Source: Clostridiales bacterium | GTDB lineage: Bacteria > Bacillota > DSM-16504 > Desulfitibacterales > JAICDB01 | Assembly (NCBI GenBank): GCA_020063565.1 | Contig: JAICDB010000005.1 | Span: 3,849 to 67,848 of the forward strand | Direction of reading: 5' to 3' | Length of the DNA stretch: 64,000 bases | Part shown: positions 10,504 through 20,332 of the stretch, piece after piece | Numbering within the stretch: the stretch's first letter is position 1 | Layout: each line of letters begins with the position of its first letter | Position numbers and translations under genes: made by a program | The notes under the pieces: generated by a model | Told to the model about the DNA's origin: nothing | What the model saw: the letters and a program-made list of their open reading frames with translations, nothing else | Database searches by the model: none

Positions 10504-10588
10504 AGCCAAATTCGGGAATGGAGTCAATAGCGAGCGAAGCGAGGGCTTCAGTCTTTACCCTTGACGGAATGGACGAATTGGCTAAAAT
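10504..10588. repeat. GTCAAGGGTAAAG...TTGAC hairpin element (IS-end/REP-like), copy 1
   Basis: Nested inverted repeats AGCCAAATTCG/CGAATTGGCT and GTCAA/TTGAC; shares GTCAAGGGTAAAG with the copy near 44060. Confidence 0.6.
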
Positions 10589-10674
10589 GCATGGGCATGA
10601 ACGGTAATGAAATTCTTCGATTTCATGAGCATTAAGGCTTAATTGTCCAAAATTAGGGGGTCAGATGCTACACT

Positions 10675-10790
10675 CAAGAATTTATTCTTTCAAGCAAAGT
10701 TTAAAAATCTAATTGTAGTATTTCTACACCTCAACTCATAGTAATTTCGTCTTTTTTTATAGCTTCAAGAGCTAGTCTCGAAAAGGAGTG
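10675..10790 (-). pseudogene. C-terminal fragment of an ImmA/IrrE-like protein
   Basis: FSRLALEAIKKDEITMS*GVEILQLDF* with stops, similar to ImmA/IrrE C-terminal tails. Confidence 0.4.
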
Positions 10791-10856
10791 GTGCACCATG
10801 CAAGCATCAAAAAAACGCCTTGGGCAGGCGGGGTAATAATACTTATTTATCTTATT

Positions 10857-11050
10857 ACTTAAAGAGCTCAAGTAGACAGTTATGAATAGGTTTGAAAATT
10901 TCTTCAGGTAAGCTGCCTATATAGGTTTGTATTCGACTGACATCCACTTACCGAAGCTGGTCAATTAAAGCGATAGATGTTTGGGGTAATCGGCAAAGCA
11001 TCAATCATTTTATTAAGTTCTTTTTTGGGAGTACCTATTTTTGATCCTCC
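10857..11050 (-). pseudogene. Collapsed type II toxin-antitoxin pair (antitoxin start fused to PemK/MazF toxin C-terminus)
   Basis: RBS AAAGGGAGG, then a mutated start (ATA) and GTPKKELNKMIDALP, then in another frame SIALIDQLR*VDVSRIQTYIGSLPEE (MazF-like DQxRxxDxxR...G.L). Confidence 0.55.
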
Positions 11051-11195
11051 CTTTGAATTTTACATTTTCATAAAAAAAAATCGTCAGTTGTCCCTATTTT
11101 ATCAAGAAATTTTTAACTCTCTAGATAATAAAGTTAGTTTTACAAATAGTATACCACATACCGTCCTTCCAGTATATGTATATTTTATGTATAGT

Positions 11196-11353
11196 TAGGG
11201 GATTAATGAGTATCGTTTTTAAACATGACACCAGTGACATGTCGATAAACGTTACCTTTCTAATAATAGCCTCCGAAAGGGGCTACGAATAGCCGATTGA
11301 CACAAACACCGGATTATATCACCAAAATGTATTATTAATTCATTAACCCCCTA
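11196..11353. mobile_element. Putative MITE, 158 bp, TA-flanked terminal inverted repeats
   Basis: TAGGGGATTAATGA (11196-11209) and TCATTAACCCCCTA (11340-11353) are 13/14 inverted; no ORF; abuts a truncated reading frame. Confidence 0.55.
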
Positions 11354-11580
11354 GACCGGTTGCATCTTTCAGGGTGCTCGTATCTATGGCAATAAATTTC
11401 ATATCGTGGTTTAGTCCTTTATCAAGCGGCATGAAAGAATCTAAAGCAAGACTATAGATTTCTGCAAGGTTCTTGTTTGGATTGGGAACTTCCGCTTCTA
11501 AGACATAGGAGAAGAATTCGCCGGTTTTGGTTGTTAGTCCTCGAACCGTGACGGGAGTACCCGGCTGGAGGTTTAAGGTT
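11354..11580 (-). pseudogene. Fragment of a hypothetical (lipoprotein-like) gene truncated at the putative MITE
   Basis: Open frame ...NKNLAEIYSLALDSFMPLDKGLNHDMKFIAIDTSTLKDATGL runs into the MITE end. Confidence 0.4.
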
Positions 11581-11766
11581 TCTCAGAGAGTGAGCTCCGT
11601 CCTCTTTAATAATGGACGAAAGGAACCACTATTTGGTTACCTATGAATGCGACTTATATCCACTCATGAAACTCTTTTGCAGTTTTCAAAGGCCCCTCCA
11701 GAATAAGTCAGCTCCAGAAATCCACAGCGGTATTTAAAAGGCGCCGTTGGTAGTTTCCAAAAAGGT

Positions 11767-12303
11767 TTAACTGTCCAGCCCGGTTAACTGTTTCACATTG
11801 TCAGAAGAAAGTTCAAGTAGCCAGATTTCTTCCGTGCCGCTGCGGGTGGACACGAAGGCCAGTTTATCCCCGTTGGGCGACCATGCCGGGTATAGTTCAT
11901 GGGCCAGATCGCTGGTAAGTTGTTTGGTTGTACCGTTTTCCCGGAGATAGAGGTTCCAATTCCCGTCTCTATTAGCTGCAAAGGCAATTCCCTTTCCTAC
12001 CGGGGCGACAGCCGGGTGTTTTTGGTAACCACTGTCCAACCCTAAAGGAGTTAAAGAGTTTCGCGGCACAGCATATAGCAAAAGCCCCGTCCCTTCGTCC
12101 TTAAATCCATTGACTATACTCAAGCTTTCCCACTGGCCAATCACCAGGGTGTTGTGGTCGGGCGATTGGCTGGCCCGGTCATTGGGTATTTGCCCTTTTC
12201 CCAACAAGAGTCTTATCGGCTCTTTCCCACCTGCATCGACCAGAAACAGGTCATAACGGAATGTGCGGCTGTGATTGTAATCCTGGTGGGTTTTCAAGAC
12301 CAT
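11767..12303 (-). CDS. TolB-like PD40 beta-propeller protein (probably the 3' part of a split gene; upstream piece 12337-12567)
   Basis: PD40 repeats HPAVAPVGKGIAFAANRDGNWNLY and YPAWSPNGDKLAFVSTRSGTEEIW; the upstream ORF ends with GPQWSHDG. Confidence 0.7.
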   Translation of the reverse strand: MVLKTHQDYNHSRTFRYDLFLVDAGGKEPIRLLLGKGQIPNDRASQSPDHNTLVIGQWESLSIVNGFKDEGTGLLLYAVPRNSLTPLGLDSGYQKHPAVAPVGKGIAFAANRDGNWNLYLRENGTTKQLTSDLAHELYPAWSPNGDKLAFVSTRSGTEEIWLLELSSDNVKQLTGLDS

Positions 12304-12770
12304 GAGGCTATCGTCATTTTGCGAAACTACAAAGATCTACTTGGGAAACACTTTCTCTTCCCCATCGTGGGACCATTGTGGACCGGCAATTTGCTTGTCA
12401 CCCTGAAATTCAGTGCGGAGAAGGCAGCAGTACTGTTGGTTTAATAGCCTCCTTTTCGAGCTTTTAGATGTTTTCCTCCCCAGTGGTAGAACATCCCCAA
12501 GAAAAATTACCAAGGAGATGATTACTAGAAAAAAGTTCGGGTAGATGTTATTTAGTCTCCTTACCACGGCTATTAACTGGTTACTAAAATCTACATAAAT
12601 CTGAAAAGTCGCTACCGAACAAGGAAAAAGGGACAGAATTTTACCTGGCCATCACATTGGCAACGTCAACATATCAGCCCCTGGAGCGAAATGCCGCCCG
12701 CTTATCAGGTCTCACTTAATCTTTTTTCTTTAGCTACCAATCCTCGTAACAGGTCAAACAATTTTGAAGG

Positions 12771-13073
12771 CTAAAAACCCAAACAAGATACCAAGGCTAC
12801 CATATACCAGGAATGCTTGAATGATCCCAGGATACTTTTGAACGGTATGAAATTCACGTGGAAATACTCGTTGTAGCGAGGTATTCCGATGGGAATGGGA
12901 AATATGGTTATGCTTACTAAGGCCACAAGGTAAAGGAAAGATAAATTAAGTAGCAGCTCTCCATATAAAGAAACTTTTTGCTTTTTCCTTTTACGAATTA
13001 TCAAAATCAAGATTCGAAACGGAATCCAGGTTATCAATGCAAAAAACCAAATAAAATCGGAATCAATCAGCAA
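12771..13073 (-). pseudogene. VanZ-family membrane protein, C-terminally truncated
   Basis: Hydrophobic N-terminus, LYLVAL.SITIFP, VNFIPFKSI; stops before the conserved GN..LF.P motif. Confidence 0.65.
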
Positions 13074-13496
13074 AACAATCTCCTCTTGCCCGTATAAGAT
13101 TAGAAAAAGAAACTCCGTATTTTAGGTTGTGGCCGTTGAGCTATCGCTGGTTCGAAAATATCACCGTTCTGGTGGGTGGCAGCGGATCACTCCATGTTCA
13201 GATACATCAGCTCAGTTTAGCAATCCATTACTCGTTAGTAGTCATTGTGTAATACCAGTGAAATGTGGGTTGTTAAGCACTTACTATTTACTACGAATAA
13301 CAGAGATGATGTCGAGCTAGGCGCTAATTACTGTTTGCATGGAGTTAATCAATATCAACTATTTTCCAGGCATCATCTATTTTGTGAAATACAAACATAT
13401 GAAAAACAGTGTGATCACCTCGTTTCCACCGAACATTTATTACATATCTTGGGCGACCAATATTATCTTCCGAAAATGAAGTACCTCTGACTTTAA

Positions 13497-13880
13497 TTAT
13501 TCTCTAAATACCCATTTTGAGTAATAAGCATTAACAGAAAAATCAACATAATTTTTAGATATTTCGTTCCCAAATACTAATGTGGAAGTCATTCGTTCAT
13601 CTTCTAGATAGTAATAACCACGTTGTTCCATGAAATCTATCAATACCTGTTGTGCATTATCTGGTTTAGCAAGATAGACTTTGGGATACTCTTGAATTTG
13701 CACAATGTCTGCTCCGGTAAACATTATTTTAATAAGCCCCATCCCACTTAATATAGGATTCGGAGTATTAAATTTATCCATTGATACTATTATAGACGTA
13801 GTTAACAAAAAAACGATAGCAATAAAAATGCTTGCTATGTTTCTAAATCTCTCTTTTTCTTTCAAACTAATCCCCCCCAA
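13497..13880 (-). CDS. Hypothetical membrane-anchored protein
   Basis: 127-aa ORF with an N-terminal TM helix. Confidence 0.6.
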   Translation of the reverse strand: MGGISLKEKERFRNIASIFIAIVFLLTTSIIVSMDKFNTPNPILSGMGLIKIMFTGADIVQIQEYPKVYLAKPDNAQQVLIDFMEQRGYYYLEDERMTSTLVFGNEISKNYVDFSVNAYYSKWVFRE

Positions 13881-14027
13881 TATAAACCTACTGATTCTTT
13901 ATTATACATAAACTATCTATTACGCAGTTGCATATATGCCAACCAGATTAAAATCTAAGCGGTTTAGAGCTCTCCAAAAGTGTTCCTTCCTTGTACCGGT
14001 AATTTTGAGGATTGGCCAGCTTGCCTA

Positions 14028-15000
14028 CTACCCACTTTCCAGATTCAATCCAAACAATTTCTTCTTTTGTATGAGGGTAGGCATAAATGTTTCCTGTAGC
14101 CTTGGCCACATCGGACATGTCAAAATGATCCTTTTCTCAGAGGTAAATCCATACGTATCCGGGGAGTGTACCTGTTGATATTGCCACCAGTTTTTTTGAC
14201 CGTCACCGTCCATGTCCACTTCTTGAGGTGTCCCCATGGCCAATAGTTTTAGCCACTGTTTTTTGTCAGGGTCATACCCGACAATTTTCATTTCACCATA
14301 AGTTGCCCCCATTCCGCCGTTTGTTACCACTTCCTTTTTCCCCGTCAAGGTTTTGATCTTGAGCGGTCACTTCTAGCCTTCAAGGCCGTAGTTCCCTACA
14401 ATACCCAGGGCGTAAGTATTGCCTTTATGCTCCAGGAAAGCACGAATTTCACCTTGGTGAGGTTGATGTGCTTTTTGCTTGCCTGCAAAATCTATCAGTT
14501 CAACTTTTTTGACATTATACCAACCCGCCTGGGGTTTACCCTGCTGCAACAGCTCAACAGGTTGGGGTTCAAAGGTTAGTTTTTTGCCTGTCGCTCGAGT
14601 GTAGCTGCGGAACATTGAATGGCCACAAGCTCGTGTACTCCCCGGATGGCATCGTAATTATACCGGGTAATTTGAATCCACTCACCGTGCTGACGAAAGT
14701 AAACCTCAGTGCCCCGATGGTCAGGTGCAAAATTAACATGAACTTCCCCTTCTCTTCCAGCCGGCACCAGTTGACCGTCGAGGGGCAGCTCGTCCAGTAC
14801 ATCCCGGACCACCTGCTGCAGCAATGGGTCGTCCGGGCTTTCCCCCTGCTTTCTCCAGGGCGGGTTCTCGTCCCTGAACACAGCAATTGTACCCAGTGTC
14901 TGAGCCAAGGAGGGGTCAACGCCCAGATCACAGCGTTCAGTTTCTGTAGCATTGAGTGGTACGAGATGGTCAGAGGCATCAAAGCGGACCTGGTAACTGC
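14028..15000 (-). pseudogene. Frameshifted/fragmented hypothetical gene
   Basis: Staggered overlapping minus-strand ORFs (14028-14348, 14373-14615, 14576-14908) with visibly higher GC than flanks. Confidence 0.45.
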
Positions 15001-15083
15001 CGGTATCCGCTTCCTCAAACGCTACGGAAGGTAACCATTGCGCTTCCCGGATCAGTTGATCTGAACCCAGGGCGGGCAGCCTG

Positions 15084-15173
15084 CTTCCCTTAAACTCGCG
15101 TTTAAAATGGCACGTTTTTTCGGAGTAACCATTGAAGATGTGTTTATCGATGATGAATATAGGATAAATAAGT
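15084..15173 (+). pseudogene. C-terminal fragment of an XRE-family HTH regulator
   Basis: SLKLAFKMARFFGVTIEDVFIDDEY, a typical small XRE C-terminus; N-terminus missing. Confidence 0.6.
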
Positions 15174-15429
15174 TAGGAGAAAGGCAATAACAAGGGGATA
15201 AACATATTTCATGTTACTTAAAGCTGCTATTACTGGAACCAATTGTATTTATTAGCGATAATCCGGCCTCTCTTTTTGTTCCCCCTAGTTCCGCAAGCTA
15301 TCGCCACAATACATAATTACCAATATTTCAGTTTACCCATTACTGTAAATTTACTTTAACCTCGTCACTATTGTAAGATAAGCCGGTGGACAACCGGCGT
15401 TCTATTTCCTTGCCCTAAAAGCTAGCTGC

Positions 15430-17007
15430 CTACTGTAACCACTTTCCTGTACCGTAGCGGTAATTATAGACCTTCACCAAGAAGTCATAAGTTGCCGGTT
15501 CAGCAGCTTGCATTTCCTTGAGGGTTTTATATGCTCTGACATTCTCTAACCTGGTGAATAACCAGGTATCTCCCTGTTTCTTCATTTCAACTTCTAGAAT
15601 GGCCGGAACAAACCCGAAGCCGGAGAAAAAGTTAGCCACAAGGGTCGCTGTGATATGATTTTCAGTAGAAATAGCCTGGAGAACATTGAAAACAGGGTCC
15701 TGCCTTACCTCCAGGGCTAGAAAGTCATTCCATCCTGTACTGTTTTTGACTGCCTCGGAAAAACGGCTCAGGTAATACTCGTTTTTCTTCTTGAATTCAA
15801 GATCTTCTTTCGAGTCGCTGCTGGTGGGGTGGCCAGTGTTGGCTGTCAAGTAGGCCGTCCGCAAGGCCACGTCGATAAACTTCTGGTTAAGCTCAGCCAT
15901 CTCGCCGTAGCTGTAGAAGTTGCTTTTTTCCCACTCCCGCTCCATTTCCTCTATCTCAGTTTCATTAACTTCTACCTGGGGAATTTCGCTAGCTAACATG
16001 GCGGAAACTTCCGATGGCGGTTGGGCATTGGCCAATTTTTCGCCCAGGATTTCCAAGATATTAAACTTGATGGCCTCCTTGTCGTAGTTCACGCCAGCCA
16101 CATTCTCCTCTTGCCCGTCCGGATTGATCCTGCCGTACCTGATTAGATTGGTCCCCGGGTGAAATTCAAAGAAAACCAGCGGCTTGGTTATGGCCGGCCT
16201 TTCCCCCTGCTCCTCCGCGAAGCCCCTCGGCCGGTACCGGGCCAGGTACTTGCTCAAGGTATCGGCAGGCGTTTCCCCGGTAGCATCACCAAGATTCCCT
16301 TCCCAAAAGGTAGTGAAGATCATGTTTAAAGTCCTTACGAACTCAAAGTGATCCCCCTGCCGGATGTAAAACCTGCCAGCCTCTCCTTCCGGGAAGTAAT
16401 AGGTGGTTTTCATCAGGTCCGGGGGAATCCAGGCGAGGGGGGCCGCTGGCAGAGCGCTTTTCCTGGGAGCGCTTACCGCCGTTCGGCGGGCTTCCAGCAG
16501 GTTTCCTTGTTCCAGATAGCTCAGCATCTGGTCGTAATAGCGCTGCTTATCCTTGATCACTACCCTTTGAGTAACAGCCTGCCAAATAACCTCTGCCCCC
16601 AGCGCTTCGCTAACAAATCTCACCGGTACTAAAGTTCTGCCTTTGACTATCCTGGCCGGTATGTCCAACGAAACGGGCCGGCCGTCGAGGTAAGCCACTT
16701 TCTGTCCAACGGTTAATTTAATGGTATCTGTCTTACCGGCGGTGGCGTGGAGCCTAGTCCTGGCCGTAACCGTCTTACTTGCCGCATCCCAGGTGGCTTC
16801 CTTTCCGAAAGCCTCAAAGATTGGCCGCATGGGCACCAACACGCGGCCTTGCTCCAACACAGGGGGTACGTCAAAGTTCATACTTTCACCGTCCAAAAGC
16901 ACTTTTACTGGCTGGGCGGCCAGCGCCCCTGCCGGTAATAGTACTGCCAGCAAGGCTATAACGACCAGCGTAGCCAAACAGTGTTTATTCATTAGCAAAC
17001 CCTCCAT
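15430..17007 (-). CDS. Secreted protein with copper amine oxidase N-terminal (stalk) domain
   Basis: Signal peptide (likely start MNKHCL...); FDVPPVLEQGRVLVPMRPIFEAFG and PARIVKGRTLVPVRFVSEALGAEV. Confidence 0.88.
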   Translation of the reverse strand: MEGLLMNKHCLATLVVIALLAVLLPAGALAAQPVKVLLDGESMNFDVPPVLEQGRVLVPMRPIFEAFGKEATWDAASKTVTARTRLHATAGKTDTIKLTVGQKVAYLDGRPVSLDIPARIVKGRTLVPVRFVSEALGAEVIWQAVTQRVVIKDKQRYYDQMLSYLEQGNLLEARRTAVSAPRKSALPAAPLAWIPPDLMKTTYYFPEGEAGRFYIRQGDHFEFVRTLNMIFTTFWEGNLGDATGETPADTLSKYLARYRPRGFAEEQGERPAITKPLVFFEFHPGTNLIRYGRINPDGQEENVAGVNYDKEAIKFNILEILGEKLANAQPPSEVSAMLASEIPQVEVNETEIEEMEREWEKSNFYSYGEMAELNQKFIDVALRTAYLTANTGHPTSSDSKEDLEFKKKNEYYLSRFSEAVKNSTGWNDFLALEVRQDPVFNVLQAISTENHITATLVANFFSGFGFVPAILEVEMKKQGDTWLFTRLENVRAYKTLKEMQAAEPATYDFLVKVYNYRYGTGKWLQ

Positions 17008-17038
17008 TTTAGCTAGAGTAAGTAAAAAAAGTTGGCAA

Positions 17039-17206
17039 CTATCGATTATCTAACTTTTTAGCTACTTCTTTTAAAGTTCGGTCAATAGACGCAACCTTTA
17101 CGAGTAAAAAGATGAAACCGCCAAAAATTATTGCAGTTAAACCAATATTGAACATCACAATTACGCTCGGTAAAATGCTCGAAGTCCACCATGGTACAGG
17201 GTGCAT
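17039..17206 (-). CDS. Small single-TM membrane protein (55 aa), absent from the ORF track
   Basis: RBS AGGAAAGGAG, then MHPVPWWTSSILPSVIVMFNIGLTAIIFGGFIFLLVKVASIDRTLKEVAKKLDNR*. Confidence 0.6.
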   Translation of the reverse strand: MHPVPWWTSSILPSVIVMFNIGLTAIIFGGFIFLLVKVASIDRTLKEVAKKLDNR

Positions 17207-17553
17207 CTTAATAAACTCCTTTCCTGTTTTTAATTATTTCTTCAATAGTTATACCGTCAAAGTCAAACCACTTCCTCGCCCTTTCCTCTACTTGGTAGCT
17301 CAATTCAGGGATTGTTAGTCCCTGATGAACGTTAAAGATTGCATCTTGAACTTTCTTGGGAAGCAGGTTTTAATATCTTAGGGTACGTAAAGCCGGTACC
17401 CTTTTCAAGGGCATTATTTTCTTTATAAAATTCCTGGGCGTACGCCCAGACGTATATTTCCTCGGCTACGATAGCTGCGTCGGCGTCAATGCCGCTTTGC
17501 CTCTCCACTTGGGAAGGCAAGCACTCTTCGGGCTTACTTTCTATATTTCCTTC

Positions 17554-17900
17554 TTATTTATGGTGTTTACCATAAGAAATTTCATCTACAGCCAGATAAC
17601 GCAGCCTATTATAGTCTGTATCACCAAACTCACTTTGTAGTCCTTGTTTTTCAACTTCTTTGACTGTCTTCCAATCTAAATGGAGATGTTCTTCCACAGC
17701 CTTTACGGGTATTAATTTACAAAGTTGCTGTATGTAAGTAGCTAGGCGTCTGGTCACTCGAAGTCCTCCGGGAGTAGCAATATCCAGTTCTTCAACTCTT
17801 ACTTGGCCGCGATGAGGGCAATATATCTTGCGATAATCGAGATGTATTAAGGTTTTATGTGGACATAATGAAAGATCTCGCAAAAAACGCTGAGGTTTAC
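17554..17900 (-). mobile_element. ISL3-family transposase fragment
   Basis: RDL....K...L..RKIYCP, RVTRRL, LHLDWKTVK, YLAVDEISYGKHHK; truncated after the first catalytic D. Confidence 0.8.
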
Positions 17901-17956
17901 GAATGTCCTTCTTTTTTAGCTATTTTTTTCAACGGAAATGGAGAAGAACCACACTT

Positions 17957-18496
17957 TTAAATTACCAGCCTTGCCAGTGTGGCGAGACCAAAAAGCATAA
18001 TTACAATGGCAGATATTCTATTCACCCAACGAATCAGCCGGTCGGCCAGTTTATTCCGAAATAAACTATAAATACCGCTGGAAATATACCACCATATGGC
18101 AGCACCGGCAAAAACTGCAGCATAGCCAAGCACCAGCATGGGGTTGGAAGCAGTCAACACCAGTGTGGAAACATAATTTGTAACCAAACCCCGATTATTG
18201 TCCGATGGTTCCCCTGCATAGGGCTGTGATAAATATGTTTTTAGGGCCAAAAAACAGAGAAAAATGCCGCCAATTAGATAGAAAAACTTTTCTTCCCGTA
18301 TAATCAACTCCCTGACAACACTCAACCCGCCAGCGGAAATCCCAGCATATATGCCGTCCACGGTAGCTGCTCCCAATCCGGATACAAAGCCACTTAGCCG
18401 GCCGTGGGACAGACTCCGTCTAATGCAAAGAATGTGAACAGGGCCAACCGGCAACGAAACAACAAAACCGGTAACAGCCGCTTTTATAAAAACCAT
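17957..18496 (-). CDS. LysE-family translocator (short, possible internal deletion)
   Basis: SLPVGPVHILCIRRSL..GRLSGFVSGLGAATVDGIY, LTASNP, RWVNRISA. Confidence 0.85.
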   Translation of the reverse strand: MVFIKAAVTGFVVSLPVGPVHILCIRRSLSHGRLSGFVSGLGAATVDGIYAGISAGGLSVVRELIIREEKFFYLIGGIFLCFLALKTYLSQPYAGEPSDNNRGLVTNYVSTLVLTASNPMLVLGYAAVFAGAAIWWYISSGIYSLFRNKLADRLIRWVNRISAIVIMLFGLATLARLVI

Positions 18497-18714
18497 CAGT
18501 TTCAGCTCCCCTCTGTTATCTACCTTACTACCAGTATAATAAAATTTTGCCTCTTGGGAAGTAACATGAAGCTTGATTTTTACAAAATATATCTGGTTTT
18601 GCTAAAAACTCATGTTCGACCTAAGAACGGCTAAAAACCTCATAGTTAACAGATTCCTTTCAAAAAGTTCTACACTACATTGGAATTTTCATTTTTTTCT
18701 TTGTTTTACATTTC

Positions 18715-18868
18715 AAAACGAAATCTGAAGCCTGCATTGTCTGATTTCGAAAATTTCGTAGAACGATTCTTTAATGAAGACACATTTTTCATACCTGTAT
18801 TTGGGCAATCCTTCAGGGTAGATGTCAAAGAAACAGAAAAGGAATATATCCCGAAGATGGTATACTAA
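18715..18868 (+). pseudogene. Hsp20 small heat-shock protein fragment
   Basis: DFENFVERFFNED...SFRVDVKETEKEYI, then the frame diverges and stops. Confidence 0.65.
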
Positions 18869-18966
18869 CAATCTCAACCAAAAAAAGGTATGTATCAATG
18901 AAGAGAAGGAGAACTTTAGAGGGAGGGATAAGAGAGATACAATCCACTTTATGATCTAATGCGGGC

Positions 18967-19641
18967 TTATTTAAGTACCGCCTGTCCTAATCCTAAATCA
19001 AAGAGACTGATACTTTGCCCCGGTTCCACAATGACAAATTCTTCATCCCATTCTCCTTTGAAGGCTTTATAAATTATTCTTAAAGAACCTGTTATAGTTT
19101 CATGATCCAAACCAAGTACCCTGGCCATTTTCAAAGTCGACTCCATGATTTCTTCAGGCTCATAAGCTCCGGTATCTATAACCCTTAACTTTTCATATTT
19201 GTTTAACAATTTATCGAAAATTATTTTGGTTTTTTGAGGTCCATATTTTTTTACACAGTAAGAATACTCCGTCCAAATGCTTGTTTCGCTTTCGAAATAC
19301 CCTTTGGTCAGGTAATACGAGGGTGCCTCTCTGTCCATGACACGCCTTTGTTCATTACCACCCAAAAAAAGTGAAATACAGTCATCGACTTTTGGGAAAA
19401 CCAGCCGTGCATTAGAAGAAGTTATACCAAGCAGAGAATTTCCGCAACTTCCAAACAGCAGTACAATGTTATCTACGTTAGCTATTTTATCAATTTGATT
19501 TTGAAGGGTTTCTTTTAACTTTTTAGGAACGTTATGAAGCCCAGAATCAACCCAAATAATCGGATAGCTAACCTGTAAATCTTTTGCAACCAGCTCAACC
19601 TCATCTTTTAGTGTGTGGCAGGCTACAGCAATATTTTTCAT
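18967..19641 (-). CDS. DUF1638 domain protein (corrinoid methyltransferase-associated)
   Basis: IAVACHTLKDE, SGLHNVPKKL, LLFGSCGN, PKVDDCISLFLG, YYLTKG, IDTGAY. Confidence 0.88.
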   Translation of the reverse strand: MKNIAVACHTLKDEVELVAKDLQVSYPIIWVDSGLHNVPKKLKETLQNQIDKIANVDNIVLLFGSCGNSLLGITSSNARLVFPKVDDCISLFLGGNEQRRVMDREAPSYYLTKGYFESETSIWTEYSYCVKKYGPQKTKIIFDKLLNKYEKLRVIDTGAYEPEEIMESTLKMARVLGLDHETITGSLRIIYKAFKGEWDEEFVIVEPGQSISLFDLGLGQAVLK

Positions 19642-19673
19642 GTTATTACACCAGCCTTATCCAGAATTAATAG

Positions 19674-20303
19674 TTATTTTGATAAAGCAATTTCTTTAAC
19701 CAGTTCTATCGCTTTTATAGCATCTGTTTCAAAATAATCAGCACCTGTGAATTGCCTTACTCGTTCATTTACAGGATATCCTCCCAGTAAAACAGTTACC
19801 TTTTCTCGGAGACCGGCTTCTCTTAACAGATCAATTACTTTTTTCACAGAATTAATCGAAAAGGTAAGAAGCACAGAAATACCTATAATGCTAGCCCCTG
19901 TTTCGTTAATAGCCTTTATAAACTCTTCAGGCTGTACATCTACGCCCAGGTCATACACATCAAACCCGTGGGATCTTAGCAAATTGACGATTATATTTTT
20001 CCCCAGATCATGAATATCTCCTTCAATAGTCCCCATAACAATTTTTGTTCCATTTTGTTCAGTATTTTTTGAAAAATATGGATTTAATATTTCCATAATT
20101 CTTCTCAAAATTTCCTCTGACATAATTAAATCTGATAAGAAATATATTTCTTCACTATATCTCTTACCAACTATTTCAACTCCCTGCCTGCATTGTTCAA
20201 CAATTTGCAGAGGTGTTTCGCCAGCTTTAATTTTTTCTTTTACTGTCTGAAGAGCTTTTTCTTCCTCTAAATTTGCAATAGCATTAATTAAATCTTCCTT
20301 CAT
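19674..20303 (-). CDS. Corrinoid (B12-binding) protein
   Basis: Cap domain plus GTIEGDIHDLGKNIV, DLGVDV, SVLLT, LLGG. Confidence 0.92.
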   Translation of the reverse strand: MKEDLINAIANLEEEKALQTVKEKIKAGETPLQIVEQCRQGVEIVGKRYSEEIYFLSDLIMSEEILRRIMEILNPYFSKNTEQNGTKIVMGTIEGDIHDLGKNIIVNLLRSHGFDVYDLGVDVQPEEFIKAINETGASIIGISVLLTFSINSVKKVIDLLREAGLREKVTVLLGGYPVNERVRQFTGADYFETDAIKAIELVKEIALSK

Positions 20304-20332
20304 ATGAAACCACCCTTACCCTCTTTAAATTG

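Noticed and set aside
15430-17007. Active copper amine oxidase linked to the copper oxidase island
   Set aside because: Only the non-catalytic N-terminal stalk domain is present, common in Bacillota surface proteins.
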